The notes: generated from the letters alone by a model not told the origin. A DNA stretch of 32,000 nucleotides from Raphidiopsis brookii D9 (GCA_000175855.1 ACYB01000042.1:30001-62000), one strand, 5' to 3'; counted from the first letter of the stretch, positions 1 to 10,103 are shown. Program-made: numbers and translations.

Positions 1-665
1 CTGCACTTAGATATCCAACTATGGGGATTCCTGCTTGACGTAACTTTCCCCAAGCTTCTAGGATAGGTAGTAAAATTTGATCCCTAGCTTCTAGTGGTAG
101 CTGTTCTAAAAACCAATAGATTAGGGAGCCATCTACCATCGCTAGGGAAGGATGGTCGTTTTTTACGCTACAGGCTAGGTCAGCTAGTACCGTAATTTCC
201 GAAGCAGTTCGGCAATGACTCATCCATTCTTCGGTTTTTAAACCCCATTGACGGGCAATGTATAGGTCTTCTTCTCGGTAAAATATCTCTGGTAAGCTAT
301 CTAGCAGGGGATGACGATTTTGTCCATAATATAAAACCACTCTTCCAATATTTAGTAGGTAGCAATAGGCAATTTCATGATGGTTAGGAGCAATTTGAGA
401 ACCGTCCGTAGCAATTATCGTATGTAGTTTGGGGGGAGTAGAAATTTGAATACAAGTGTCTAGAGGTTCTAGGGGTGTAGCATTGGCAAAAGTAATGCGA
501 TCGCGCCATTTTTCCTGACGCTTGACTATTTCGTCTTGACACTGGCAAGCCTTTTTTTAAATTTTCTTTTGCTAACTCCAACTTACGGTTACTTTCAGCT
601 ACTTCAGAGCAAAGGTGCTGGCTTAAACCCTGCATTTGCCCAGCTAGTTTGGTTAAATCTAACAT
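1..665 (-). pseudogene. NurA-like DNA repair nuclease, N-terminal part (runs off the left edge), interrupted by a one-base frameshift
   Basis: ORF 384..665 gives MLDLTKLAGQMQGLSQHLCSEVAES...KENLKK. After the A7/T7 run at 552-558 the homologous frame continues to base 1: KACQCQDEIVKRQEKWRDRITFANATPLEPLDTCIQ...IATDGSQIAPNHHEIAYCYLLNIGRVVLYYGQNRHPLLDSLPEIFY... with no stop. Family assignment is from recalled cyanobacterial NurA-domain proteins. Confidence 0.72.
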
Positions 666-684
666 GATTGGTATCTAACATTAT

Positions 685-1488
685 TCACATCAACAGATGG
701 TGGGATAACCACTTAGAAAAATCTTGCACAAAGCGAGAAAGTGGGAGCAACTGAATGCGCGGGTCATTTTGTCCAGCTTCTCTTTCTGATTGGGTATTAT
801 AACCCCAATCTGCTAAAAAAAGCCCCACCTTGTCTAAATCCGATTGTTGTTGAACCAGTTGTAGAGTTTTCAATCTATCTTCCACAAACCATAATCTTGC
901 TGGTTGATATTCTGTTGTACGAATTAATTCTCGTAAAATTTCGTATTTGGGAAGTTTTACTTCTTTACCAAAAATTGCCTTTTCTGGTAAATTAACCCCC
1001 TCTTGTTCTAACAATTGCTTGACAAAACGTTCCTCTTTAGTGGTAACAATAAACAATTCCACTTCACTATCAATGGTAAGCTTCAATCTTTCTATCACTC
1101 CTGGATAAAATCTATGTAATCCTAACCACCCGCCTAAATCGTTAGATATCCACTGATCGCGCAAACCATCCAGTTTATTACCAACTTCTTGAGATGATAG
1201 CTGGGATGTTTCTAAAATCTCTGTGACAATTTTTAGCCAGTCTTGTAAGATTTGCTCATCAGAAAAACCATCAATTATAGCTTTAATTAAAATCGGCATT
1301 TCCCAGCCCGTTTCAATCACAGGACGGAGACGATAAAATCTCAAAGCTAAATCATCTGGTATTATTTCTTGCTGAGATGGATAAAATTGACAGTAGGTAC
1401 GCCATGCTACCTCAAAGTATTCAATGAGTCCGTCACAGATGACCCCATCAAAGTCTAGAGCTAAAATTGTGGGATGATTTACTGTCAT
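685..1488 (-). CDS. HAD-superfamily hydrolase
   Basis: 267 aa intact ORF with N-terminal ILALDFDGVICDG (motif I), FIVTTKEERF and LWFVEDRLKTLQ late motifs. Confidence 0.8.
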   Translation of the reverse strand: MTVNHPTILALDFDGVICDGLIEYFEVAWRTYCQFYPSQQEIIPDDLALRFYRLRPVIETGWEMPILIKAIIDGFSDEQILQDWLKIVTEILETSQLSSQEVGNKLDGLRDQWISNDLGGWLGLHRFYPGVIERLKLTIDSEVELFIVTTKEERFVKQLLEQEGVNLPEKAIFGKEVKLPKYEILRELIRTTEYQPARLWFVEDRLKTLQLVQQQSDLDKVGLFLADWGYNTQSEREAGQNDPRIQLLPLSRFVQDFSKWLSHHLLM

Positions 1489-1942
1489 GGTTTAAATATA
1501 TATAAAAAACTGCTGATTTCAACTTATCAGAAGAGCATAGGTTATTTTTTGTATTTAGGGAAGTCGGGAAATTTAGACTGACATAAAAAAATACCTAATT
1601 TATGTGATAATATTTATATTTATATATTTTAATAACTTATTTTACGTAATTAACATGGGTAAAAGTATCTGATTTATTTATGGTAGCAGGTACTGTAATA
1701 GTGTTATGATGTCGAATGTACGCTGTGTATAGTTTTTGAGTTTTTGTATTGTGACTATAGCTCTACTACATCGGCCCTACCTTTTCATACTTTTTTTTGG
1801 TTAAGGTATTCTTATATATCTTTTGATAGATGTAATGAGACTTTCTAATTTTTTATAATGGTACTGTTTAGTCACAGTAATGATGTAATTTCTCCCTTGG
1901 TTAAAATTCTCTCTAATTGTCTCTAGTGGATTTTATATACCT

Positions 1943-2716
1943 ATGTTAACTATGCTGGAACAAATCACTGCCCTTATTCTTACTTACAACGAAGCACCCA
2001 ATATTGACCGGACTCTCAAAAAACTCACCTGGGCTAAAAAAATTATTGTTATTGATAGTTACAGCACAGATGAAACCCTACAAATACTTTGCCAATATGC
2101 CCAAGTACAAGTTTTTGAACGAAAATTTGATACTCATACTAATCAATGGAACTACGGACTAAAGCAGGTGAGATCAGAATGGGTTCTCTCTCTTGATGCT
2201 GACTACTTGTTGACTGATCAACTAATCACTGAAATTCAAAATTTGCCCTTGGATACTGATAGTATTGATGGCTACTTTGTGAGATTTAAGTACTGCGTAT
2301 TTGGTAAACCTTTACGAGGTGCTATACTTCCGCCTCGTCAAGTGCTTTTTCGCCAAAACAAGGCAATCTATACTGGTGATGGTCACACTCAACTACTGAA
2401 AAACGAAGGTAAATCCATTCAATTGCAAGGATATATTCATCATGATGATCGCAAAGCATTAAGTCGCTGGCTATGGGCGCAAGATCGTTACATGATTATT
2501 GAAAGTAAAAAACTTCTGGAAACACCTAACCATAAACTCAGTCCGGGCGATCGCCTTCGTAAATACAAAATATTAGCCCCGCCAATCATTCTAGTTTATT
2601 GCTTAATTATTAAGGGGGCAATTTTTGACGGTTGGCATGGGTGGCATTATACCCTTCAAAGGGTTTTAGCAGAAATTTTGCTGAGTATACGGCTCATAGA
2701 AGGGGAAAGAGGTTGA
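1943..2716 (+). CDS. Glycosyltransferase family 2 (WaaE/KdtX-like)
   Basis: 257 aa; ALILTYNEAPNIDRTLKKLTWAKKIIVIDSYSTDET and WVLSLDADYLL are typical of this GT2 subgroup. Confidence 0.85.
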   Translation: MLTMLEQITALILTYNEAPNIDRTLKKLTWAKKIIVIDSYSTDETLQILCQYAQVQVFERKFDTHTNQWNYGLKQVRSEWVLSLDADYLLTDQLITEIQNLPLDTDSIDGYFVRFKYCVFGKPLRGAILPPRQVLFRQNKAIYTGDGHTQLLKNEGKSIQLQGYIHHDDRKALSRWLWAQDRYMIIESKKLLETPNHKLSPGDRLRKYKILAPPIILVYCLIIKGAIFDGWHGWHYTLQRVLAEILLSIRLIEGERG

Positions 2717-2765
2717 ATTCACTTTCATGAGACAATGAAATGGGTCATAAAACGTAAAACAACAG

Positions 2766-4112
2766 GTGGCTACCATGAGCGAGACAGAATTAACTCAGAA
2801 TAGTTTAGGTAAAGAAATCCATTTACATGGGAATCAAAAGCAGACAACTGCTAAAAAATTATTGGTAATTACGGAATTTTTTCCCCCAGATTATGCAGCT
2901 ACGGGACAACTAATAGAAGAACTAGTCAGGCAATTAAATCAGGAGAAATTAAAGGTTGAGGTATTTACGGGACAACCAGGTTATGCCTACAGTGTAGATA
3001 AGGCCCCATCAAGAGAGTACCTGGAAGGTGTACATATTAGACGAACCCGTGCTACCCGATTTTGGTCAAAAAGAATCCGTGGTAAAACTCTCAATGGCAT
3101 AATTTTTACTGTCCGTGCCTTCTTCCATATTATCTTTAATTTTTATAAGTATGACCTATTTTTATTAACTTCTGCACCTCCCTTTTTAACATGGGCAGCA
3201 TATCTAGTAAAAATAATTTGTAGGTCTCCCTATATTTGTTTAATTTATGACATTTACCCAGATGTGGCGATCGCCTTAAATGTGGTTAAAAAAGACCATT
3301 GGTTAGTTAAGGTGTGGCGAGAGCTAAACAGAAGAACTTGGAATAATTCCGAACATATTATCGTTTTAACTGACGATATGAAAATAATATTACTTAAACA
3401 CTATCCCCAACTAATAGAGAAAGTCTCAGTAATTCACAGTTGGGCGGACTCCAAATTGATAATCCCCATAGAAAAACAAGATAACTGGTTTGCCAGGGAA
3501 CATAACTTAGTCAATAAGTTTACCGTTTTATATTCTGGTAACATCGGTAGATGTCATGAAATAGATACAATTATCCAAGCTGTCCAACTCTTAGCCCAGG
3601 CAGAAAATATCCAATTTGTTTTTATTGGTGGTGGGGCAAAAATCCATGAGCTAATAGAGAAAGTGACCACTATGGGATTAACCAATGTTTTGTTTCTGCC
3701 ATACCAGCATAAATCCACACTACCCTATTCCCTAACTGCCTGTGATTTACACTTAGTTAGTTTAAATCGTAAAGTATATAATTTAGTAGCACCTAGTAAG
3801 TTGTATCCAGCACTAGCCAGTGGTAGACCGGTAGCGACAATTTGCGATCGGGAATCTTATGTGCGAAAGATGGTAGCCAGTGGTAAATTTGGAATAGGTA
3901 TAGACAATGGAGACGGCAGATTCTTGGCTAATTTTATTTGGGATTTAAGTAAGAATAGGCAATTAGTAGAGCAGATGGGCAAGGCGGGTAGAAATTATTT
4001 GGAATCTAATTTTACCCGGGAAAAAGTAACCATGAAGTATACCAAAATAATTATGGAAATCATGGCGAGAAGATGTAACGACAAAAAATTAAGTAACCTA
4101 AGGTCAATGTAA
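2766..4112 (+). CDS. Glycosyltransferase family 4 (WcaI/WbuB-like)
   Basis: 448 aa; N-terminal FFPPDYAATGQLIEEL, central YSGNIGRCHEIDTI, C-terminal YLVAPSKLYPALASGRPV. Confidence 0.87.
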   Translation: MATMSETELTQNSLGKEIHLHGNQKQTTAKKLLVITEFFPPDYAATGQLIEELVRQLNQEKLKVEVFTGQPGYAYSVDKAPSREYLEGVHIRRTRATRFWSKRIRGKTLNGIIFTVRAFFHIIFNFYKYDLFLLTSAPPFLTWAAYLVKIICRSPYICLIYDIYPDVAIALNVVKKDHWLVKVWRELNRRTWNNSEHIIVLTDDMKIILLKHYPQLIEKVSVIHSWADSKLIIPIEKQDNWFAREHNLVNKFTVLYSGNIGRCHEIDTIIQAVQLLAQAENIQFVFIGGGAKIHELIEKVTTMGLTNVLFLPYQHKSTLPYSLTACDLHLVSLNRKVYNLVAPSKLYPALASGRPVATICDRESYVRKMVASGKFGIGIDNGDGRFLANFIWDLSKNRQLVEQMGKAGRNYLESNFTREKVTMKYTKIIMEIMARRCNDKKLSNLRSM

Positions 4113-4140
4113 TAATAGATATGACAGGTATGATAGGTCT

Positions 4141-6327
4141 ATGAACAATCAAGATCAAACAGTAGTTACTCCCAGGAGAGAAAACAGCAGGATTAACCTT
4201 CCGTCTGGGGGCCTATATCCCCAGAGCTTGCCCTTATTTCAACCCCCAGCCAATGAAAATAATCTCCTAGAATTTACATCCTTCCTCAAAAGGCGCGCTC
4301 TGCCAGTCATAGCATTGTCATCCGTGGTAATGTCTGGAATTATTTATTCCTCATTCAACACGAAAGAGATTTATCAAGGTAGTTTTAAGATGCTTGTCGA
4401 ACCTTTGAGCAGTGACAAAAACTTATTATTACCCTTTGAAGTTGCTGGGGGTTCTCGTGCACTGGATTACCCCAGCCAAATTGAGGTTCTCAAAAGTCAG
4501 GAAATAATTAGTGAGGTAATACCACAATTGCAATCCTCCTATCCCGAACTAACATACAATTCCCTAATCGGAGGTTTAAACATTCGTAGATTAGGGGAAA
4601 CAAAAATATTGCAGGTTGAATATAGAAGTACAAAGCCTGAAATAATTGATGCGGTATTACAGTCCCTATCTAAATTTTATTTGCAATACAGTCTGGAAAA
4701 ACGTAAAACCAAACTGAGTCAAGGGGTAGCATTTACAAATGAACAATTGCCTGCTATCAAAAATAGAGTGGACAAGTTGCAGTTAGATCTGCAAATGTTC
4801 AGGCAAAAATATCGGTTTGTCAATCCAGGTGATCAGTCCACTAACGTAGTGGGGCAAATCCAAAGTATAGAGGCACAAAGAACTGCTATTGAACAAAAGT
4901 TAATTACAGCTAGGGCTAGTTATTCTAGTTTATTGACACCTCAAGGACAGCGAGCATTGTTAAACTCAGCCCCTATCTATGGTGGGTTGGTAGGTCAACT
5001 CAGGCAATTAGAAACTCAATTAGCTGGGGAATCAGTGAGATTTCAACCAGATAATCCCTACGTCAAAACATTACAAGAAAAAAGAGAAAGTCTATTGCCA
5101 ATTATAGAAGATGAACAAAAGCGATATATATCCTTGAAAATGGATGAGATTGCCAGTACAGTTAATTTGATGGAGATAGAAAGGCAAGAAATAATTAAAG
5201 CTGAACAACAAGTTAAGTCAAAGTTCCAAATATTACCTGTTCTAGCTAAACAATATGAAGAATTACAACGTAATTTACAATTGGCAAATGAAAGCTTAAA
5301 CCGGTTTTTAGAGGCAAGAGAAAGACTCCTCATTGAAGTAGCCCAAACGGAAATACCCTGGGAATTAATCCAGTCTCCAGCTACTTCAGAAGTGCCAATT
5401 CTTCCTGACAGATTACGGGATTTATGGACAGGAATATTCGCTGCTGCTGCAGTAAGTTTGGGTTTTGGGTTTCTCTTAGAAAAACTGGATGAGACCTATC
5501 ACGATCCCACTACCCTCCGAGAAAAAACCAAGTTGCCATTGTTAGGAATTGTCCCCAAAATAAGAAACATGAGTGAGTCCATCACTTCCCTAACTCCCCA
5601 AAAGGGGAAGAGTGAGTCACCTTCCATTCCCTTTCTCCAGTCCAAAAAAGCTCGGAAGAAGGGCTATTATGGTTATGGCTATTATGGTGAGGGACGTATG
5701 TGGCAGTCATTACAGGTTCTCTACGCCAATATTCAACTGCTCAATTCTGACAAGGTTATTAAATCCCTAACTGTTTCCTCTGCGATTAAGGGTGAAGGTA
5801 AAAGTACCATTAGCTCCTATCTAGCACTTGTAGCTGCTTCCTTGGGCAAGAGGGTTTTACTTGTGGATGCTGATCTACGTGTGCCTAAACAGCATAAGCG
5901 ATTTAATTTACCAAATGTAGTTGGTCTCAGCAATATGATTACATCTAATCTTGCTGTACAAGAGGTAATACAACATGTTCCTGATTTGCCAACCCTATCT
6001 GTTATTACCAGTGGATCCACACCACCAGACCCAATGAGATTGATCTCATCGGAGAAAATGAAACAAATAATGACTTCCCTGCATAAAAATTTTGATCTGG
6101 TGATTTATGATACTCCTCCCCTTTCCGGCCTTGTGGATGCCAAACTGCTGGCATCTCAAACGGACGGATTACTACTGGTAGTTGCAATGCATAAAACCAA
6201 TAGACCTGCCATAGCAGAGGTTAAAAATTCCCTGGAAGAATCCTCTACTAGCATATTAGGTATAGTTGCTAACAACCATAAGAAAAGTTCTTATAATTAC
6301 CATGATTATTATTACAATTACAGCTAA
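4141..6327 (+). CDS. Wzc-like polysaccharide chain-length determinant / bacterial tyrosine autokinase
   Basis: 728 aa; N-terminal TM and Wzz-like periplasmic coiled coil, Walker A SSAIKGEGKSTISSYLALVAA, Walker A' VLLVDADLRVPKQH, DLVIYDTPPLSG, and Tyr-rich C-terminus YNYHDYYYNYS. Confidence 0.92.
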   Translation: MNNQDQTVVTPRRENSRINLPSGGLYPQSLPLFQPPANENNLLEFTSFLKRRALPVIALSSVVMSGIIYSSFNTKEIYQGSFKMLVEPLSSDKNLLLPFEVAGGSRALDYPSQIEVLKSQEIISEVIPQLQSSYPELTYNSLIGGLNIRRLGETKILQVEYRSTKPEIIDAVLQSLSKFYLQYSLEKRKTKLSQGVAFTNEQLPAIKNRVDKLQLDLQMFRQKYRFVNPGDQSTNVVGQIQSIEAQRTAIEQKLITARASYSSLLTPQGQRALLNSAPIYGGLVGQLRQLETQLAGESVRFQPDNPYVKTLQEKRESLLPIIEDEQKRYISLKMDEIASTVNLMEIERQEIIKAEQQVKSKFQILPVLAKQYEELQRNLQLANESLNRFLEARERLLIEVAQTEIPWELIQSPATSEVPILPDRLRDLWTGIFAAAAVSLGFGFLLEKLDETYHDPTTLREKTKLPLLGIVPKIRNMSESITSLTPQKGKSESPSIPFLQSKKARKKGYYGYGYYGEGRMWQSLQVLYANIQLLNSDKVIKSLTVSSAIKGEGKSTISSYLALVAASLGKRVLLVDADLRVPKQHKRFNLPNVVGLSNMITSNLAVQEVIQHVPDLPTLSVITSGSTPPDPMRLISSEKMKQIMTSLHKNFDLVIYDTPPLSGLVDAKLLASQTDGLLLVVAMHKTNRPAIAEVKNSLEESSTSILGIVANNHKKSSYNYHDYYYNYS

Positions 6328-6675
6328 GTGCTTTTTGGTAAATCCTTTTGGGGCTGAGTTGAGATACGAAACCCAACTTATGAGGGGGCGATCGCCTTGA
6401 ATTCTCACAAGAAAATAGTCGAAAGGCACAGAAGCCACTTGGCTTTAGACAGGAAGTGCCAACGGCTAATTTATTCGCCTTGATATTTAACATACGTCTG
6501 ACCCGTCCTTGACATTAAGGAAAGACGCGCCTATAATTATGGGAACCTGAAGACCGGGGAAGCTTAAGTCCACCAATCCTCAACTTTGGCTTAAGTTAAA
6601 GATTTATCAAAGGTCGGTTTTTGGATCTACGTTCCCAGATTCCCTGTTAATTATTGTCAGGAGTGATATAGTGAT

Positions 6676-7713
6676 ATGAAGGGGAATAATTACTGTGCTA
6701 AAATATTCGAGTTTAATAATAACAAAAGTGGTTTTACGGACTTTTGGTTGCCAATAATCCTGGTAAACCTGGTCTTGACTGTGAGTACGCCGATCAGCCC
6801 CGCAAATGCTACGGAGCAGTCCCCTGATCAAATAGGTAGGGAAGAAAATCAGCCCCATCGTGACCAGTCTACTAGGGAAGTAAACTTGGATGTGAAGTTG
6901 CCACAAATAAATGCTCAAAATAATTCCCAAAATGCCGATAATAGTGAGGAAATCGATAAAATCCGTCGGAGATTATTGCTGGAACCGGTGATCAAACAAA
7001 AACCGGCACCTAAACCACAACCAACAAACGCACCAGGACTCAGTTTTGCTGGTGTTAGTGCCTTCGGGGCCAATATGGGGGATGTATTTCTGGGTACTTC
7101 CGTGGCAACTGCTGGTAACCGAGGAAACTCTCTCAAAGACATAGATGGTAGTATGAGTGCTGGTTTTGGGTTAGGTGATGCCCGAGGACTAATTGGTTTG
7201 GAATTCACTTTTAATAACGGTAGTATCAAAAACTTCGGTAGTAATGGAACCTTTGACTTAAAAGTCCATCGTACTATCCAAACTGACAACAGCAGTTCCA
7301 TTGGTGTAGCCGTCGGTTGGAAAACCTTTGGTCAGTACAAGACCAAAGCCAGTGGTGAAGCCGTCAGGCCTTCTAGTTTGTATGGTGTGGTGACCAGTCA
7401 TTCTCTATTGAGGGCTAATGACCCTGTCAATAAGATGCCCATATCTTTTTCCCTCGGAGTTGGTGGGGGTGACTTCAGACAGGGCAATGATAGTGTGGGG
7501 GTATTTGGTGGAGCCGGGTTGCAAGTTCATCCCCAAATAGGTGTGGGTCTTGGCTGGAGTGGCATTGGACTGAATGTGGGGGCTTCCTTTCTTCCCGTAC
7601 CGACCCTTCCCTTGACAGTAACAACTAGTGTTTCTGATTTAACTAGTAATAGTCCAGGCTCGACCGTATTTTCCCTTAGTGTGGGCTATGGCTTCAATTT
7701 TTTGCCTAAATAA
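6676..7713 (+). CDS. Exported glycine-rich hypothetical protein, possible outer-membrane beta-barrel
   Basis: 345 aa ORF; hydrophobic leader-like stretch FWLPIILVNLVLTVSTPISPANA; C-terminal half of short alternating hydrophobic/Gly strands ending FSLSVGYGFNFLPK. No family recognised. Confidence 0.65.
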   Translation: MKGNNYCAKIFEFNNNKSGFTDFWLPIILVNLVLTVSTPISPANATEQSPDQIGREENQPHRDQSTREVNLDVKLPQINAQNNSQNADNSEEIDKIRRRLLLEPVIKQKPAPKPQPTNAPGLSFAGVSAFGANMGDVFLGTSVATAGNRGNSLKDIDGSMSAGFGLGDARGLIGLEFTFNNGSIKNFGSNGTFDLKVHRTIQTDNSSSIGVAVGWKTFGQYKTKASGEAVRPSSLYGVVTSHSLLRANDPVNKMPISFSLGVGGGDFRQGNDSVGVFGGAGLQVHPQIGVGLGWSGIGLNVGASFLPVPTLPLTVTTSVSDLTSNSPGSTVFSLSVGYGFNFLPK

Positions 7714-7730
7714 AATAAAGGAGTTACATT

Positions 7731-8354
7731 ATGTTAAAAAATAGATTCAGAAAGGAAAATAGGAAGCTGCTTTTGGTTCTGACTTTAAGTCCCCTATTAC
7801 TTTTATGCCAATTACTCCAATTACCGAGTCAAGCTCAAACTAATTCACCCAGTGGGGGTACAGCTGGCACTGACAGCGGGGCACCTACCAATGGCTCCCA
7901 AACCAGCATTTTTTCTAATCCCCCTAGTCCCCAGACTGTGACACCTACTGCACCTACTGGAGGAACTTTTGCCCTAACACCGCAATCTCAGACCAATCTC
8001 AATGTAGTAGCAACAAGTATTACACAAAATCAAAATCTCAGCAGTACGGTTGCAGCAGTGTTCACTCAAGGATCCGGAGCTGCTGCCAATTCACTAATAG
8101 GTAACTTTAGTACGGCCGGTGTTCCCATTCAACTGGCTCAGGCACTGCTTACATCCATTAATAACCTACTGCCTACATCTGGTGGAATAATACAGGGAAA
8201 TGTAAACATTAACAGTCTCAACGATGCTATTGTGGCATACAATGAGATTATTCTTCAGAGTGGATCTGACACTTTAACAAGCCTTTCCGAAAACGAATCG
8301 TTTGTTTCAATCGGTCAAACTCTAGGTCAATTGAGATCAGCTTTGTCCCAATAA
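7731..8354 (+). CDS. Secreted hypothetical protein, low-complexity Ser/Thr/Pro/Gly N-terminal part
   Basis: 207 aa; signal peptide-like LLLVLTLSPLLLLCQLLQLPSQAQT, starts 18 nt after the preceding stop, preceded by aaataaaggag (plausible RBS). Confidence 0.65.
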   Translation: MLKNRFRKENRKLLLVLTLSPLLLLCQLLQLPSQAQTNSPSGGTAGTDSGAPTNGSQTSIFSNPPSPQTVTPTAPTGGTFALTPQSQTNLNVVATSITQNQNLSSTVAAVFTQGSGAAANSLIGNFSTAGVPIQLAQALLTSINNLLPTSGGIIQGNVNINSLNDAIVAYNEIILQSGSDTLTSLSENESFVSIGQTLGQLRSALSQ

Positions 8355-8858
8355 TCTAACACCAACACCGAGTCCGACTCTGGGTAGGGGCCCACCAAGT
8401 TCTGAAACAACTTGTGGTTAGCGTGATCTTACGGTTTAGTAATTGGGGGGTAAATCGCAAATCTTATATCGAAATGACTAACTTATTTTAGATTCCGATT
8501 ACATTGAGAAGTTGAGCTTTGATGGTCCAGTGGATCTCAGTTCCTTCCCCGCAACTCGCTACTCAGTAGTTGAGCCGTGCAGGGGATAACTGTGTCTATA
8601 TCTTGACTGCATGCGATCGCCTTACTATATAATTTTCGACAGATATGAAAATCAACTCCGAATTTTTCTGTAGAAGGGGCTATGGTCCCTACGCCACAGG
8701 AAACCGCCAAAAGTGAAATGTTTAAGGCCAATCAAGCGATGCAAATTGCTAGACGTTCTAATGAACGGGCGGGGGGTATCTGGATTTATCAATTTATTCG
8801 GAGTCCAATTTGGTTTATCAGTGTTTTATTTACTTAACTTGATCTTAGATAGAGTATA

Positions 8859-10103
8859 ATGTCAGATTTATCAAAGCTGTCTATCCTGATTATCGGTTCT
8901 TATAATGGTCAAGACTCATTTGGGGATAAATGTTTAGCTCGCTGTGTGGCTCAACAAATCCGTGAAACTTGTAATTTTAGTGGACATCAATCACCTAACA
9001 TCCTTTCTCACATTGACGGAAATCTAGAAACAAGTCAAGGTGAAATTCCTGAAGTTGAGTTCAGTACGGGTATTTCTTTACTATACTGGGCATGGAATAA
9101 TAAACTGCGCCATCTTCATTTGCCCACTGCTTTACAGAGATTTATGGGAGTTATTACTTTGCCGGTTTACTTGATGGCAACTCAAGTTAATCGCCGGAAG
9201 CTGCAGCGGATTAAAAGGGAGATTAGGGAATCACCGCTGGTTTATTTTTATGGTGGTACGCAGTTATCAGAACAGTGGTTTTGGTACAACTTTATCCCTT
9301 TAATGATTACTGCTTTTTTGTGTAAGTTATATCAAGTACCTCTTTATTTCGGACCACAGCAGTATGGACCGGAAAATAACTGGCAACGTTGGTTTTTAAG
9401 GACAACGGTCAAATATCTTGTACGTGACATCAGAGTCAGAAATAAAAACTGTCTAGAATTACTGAATTTGTCACCGGAAAAACTATGCTATGATGAGGTT
9501 TTTAGTTGTGCAATCCGTTACCCAGTAGTTAAGCATCACGTCCCACCGAAAAACTTTATTTTAGTGAATATGCGGGGGACTAATTTTCTCAGAGATGGGG
9601 AAAGCAGGGAATTTGAGGTGTTTTCAAACTTACTGGTGGCTGTGAAAAATCAATTGGGTTTACCCTTCAAACTCTTTCAAATGAGCGGTTCATCTTTTTG
9701 TGATGATACAAAGTTACTCGGTTTTCTGCAATCTCGCCCTGAGTTTAGTGATATCCACCTAGAAGTTTTACCCCTGGTAGTTGAAGAAGCAGAGTTAATT
9801 AAAGTAGCCATTCAAGCTTATGGAACCATATCTATGTCATTTCATGGCTGTATTCTTTCTATGATTGGTGGTTGTCCCTCGGTTCCTGTGACTTCGGGGG
9901 ACTATTATGATTATAAGTATATTGATTTTGATAAATATAGTGGTGAACAAGGAACTCCTTTAATTACTTTGGGTAATTTAGATGTAAAACAAGCATCCGC
10001 AACCATTAGTGATTACTTTTCTAAATATTCCCCAGTAAAAACAGCAATTGCGCGGGAAAGGGCTGCGCAACAGATGAAGTATTGGTATAAAACAATTGTT
10101 TAA
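8859..10103 (+). CDS. Polysaccharide pyruvyltransferase family protein
   Basis: 414 aa; LIIGSYNGQDSFGDKCLA at the N-terminus, VYFYGGTQLSEQW, ALYFGPQQYGP-like segment, SMSFHGCILSMIGGCPSVPV near the C-terminus. Confidence 0.75.
   Translation: MSDLSKLSILIIGSYNGQDSFGDKCLARCVAQQIRETCNFSGHQSPNILSHIDGNLETSQGEIPEVEFSTGISLLYWAWNNKLRHLHLPTALQRFMGVITLPVYLMATQVNRRKLQRIKREIRESPLVYFYGGTQLSEQWFWYNFIPLMITAFLCKLYQVPLYFGPQQYGPENNWQRWFLRTTVKYLVRDIRVRNKNCLELLNLSPEKLCYDEVFSCAIRYPVVKHHVPPKNFILVNMRGTNFLRDGESREFEVFSNLLVAVKNQLGLPFKLFQMSGSSFCDDTKLLGFLQSRPEFSDIHLEVLPLVVEEAELIKVAIQAYGTISMSFHGCILSMIGGCPSVPVTSGDYYDYKYIDFDKYSGEQGTPLITLGNLDVKQASATISDYFSKYSPVKTAIARERAAQQMKYWYKTIV

Noticed and set aside
741-995. 84-aa + strand ORF
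   Set aside because: Lies antisense within the HAD hydrolase gene, no recognisable domain.
1489-1942. AT-rich spacer upstream of the first GT2 gene as a small RNA or regulatory locus
   Set aside because: Divergent promoter region is plausible, but no specific motif or strong structure could be supported by eye.
5058-6493. Five - strand ORFs (91, 67, 60, 60 and 74 aa)
   Set aside because: Antisense to the well-supported Wzc-like gene and the adjacent spacer; composition consistent with shadow ORFs.
6607-7301. 107-aa and 128-aa - strand ORFs
   Set aside because: Antisense to the exported 345-aa protein gene; no domain or RBS support.
8537-8731. 64-aa - strand ORF
   Set aside because: No domain recognised; overlaps a more protein-like + strand remnant.
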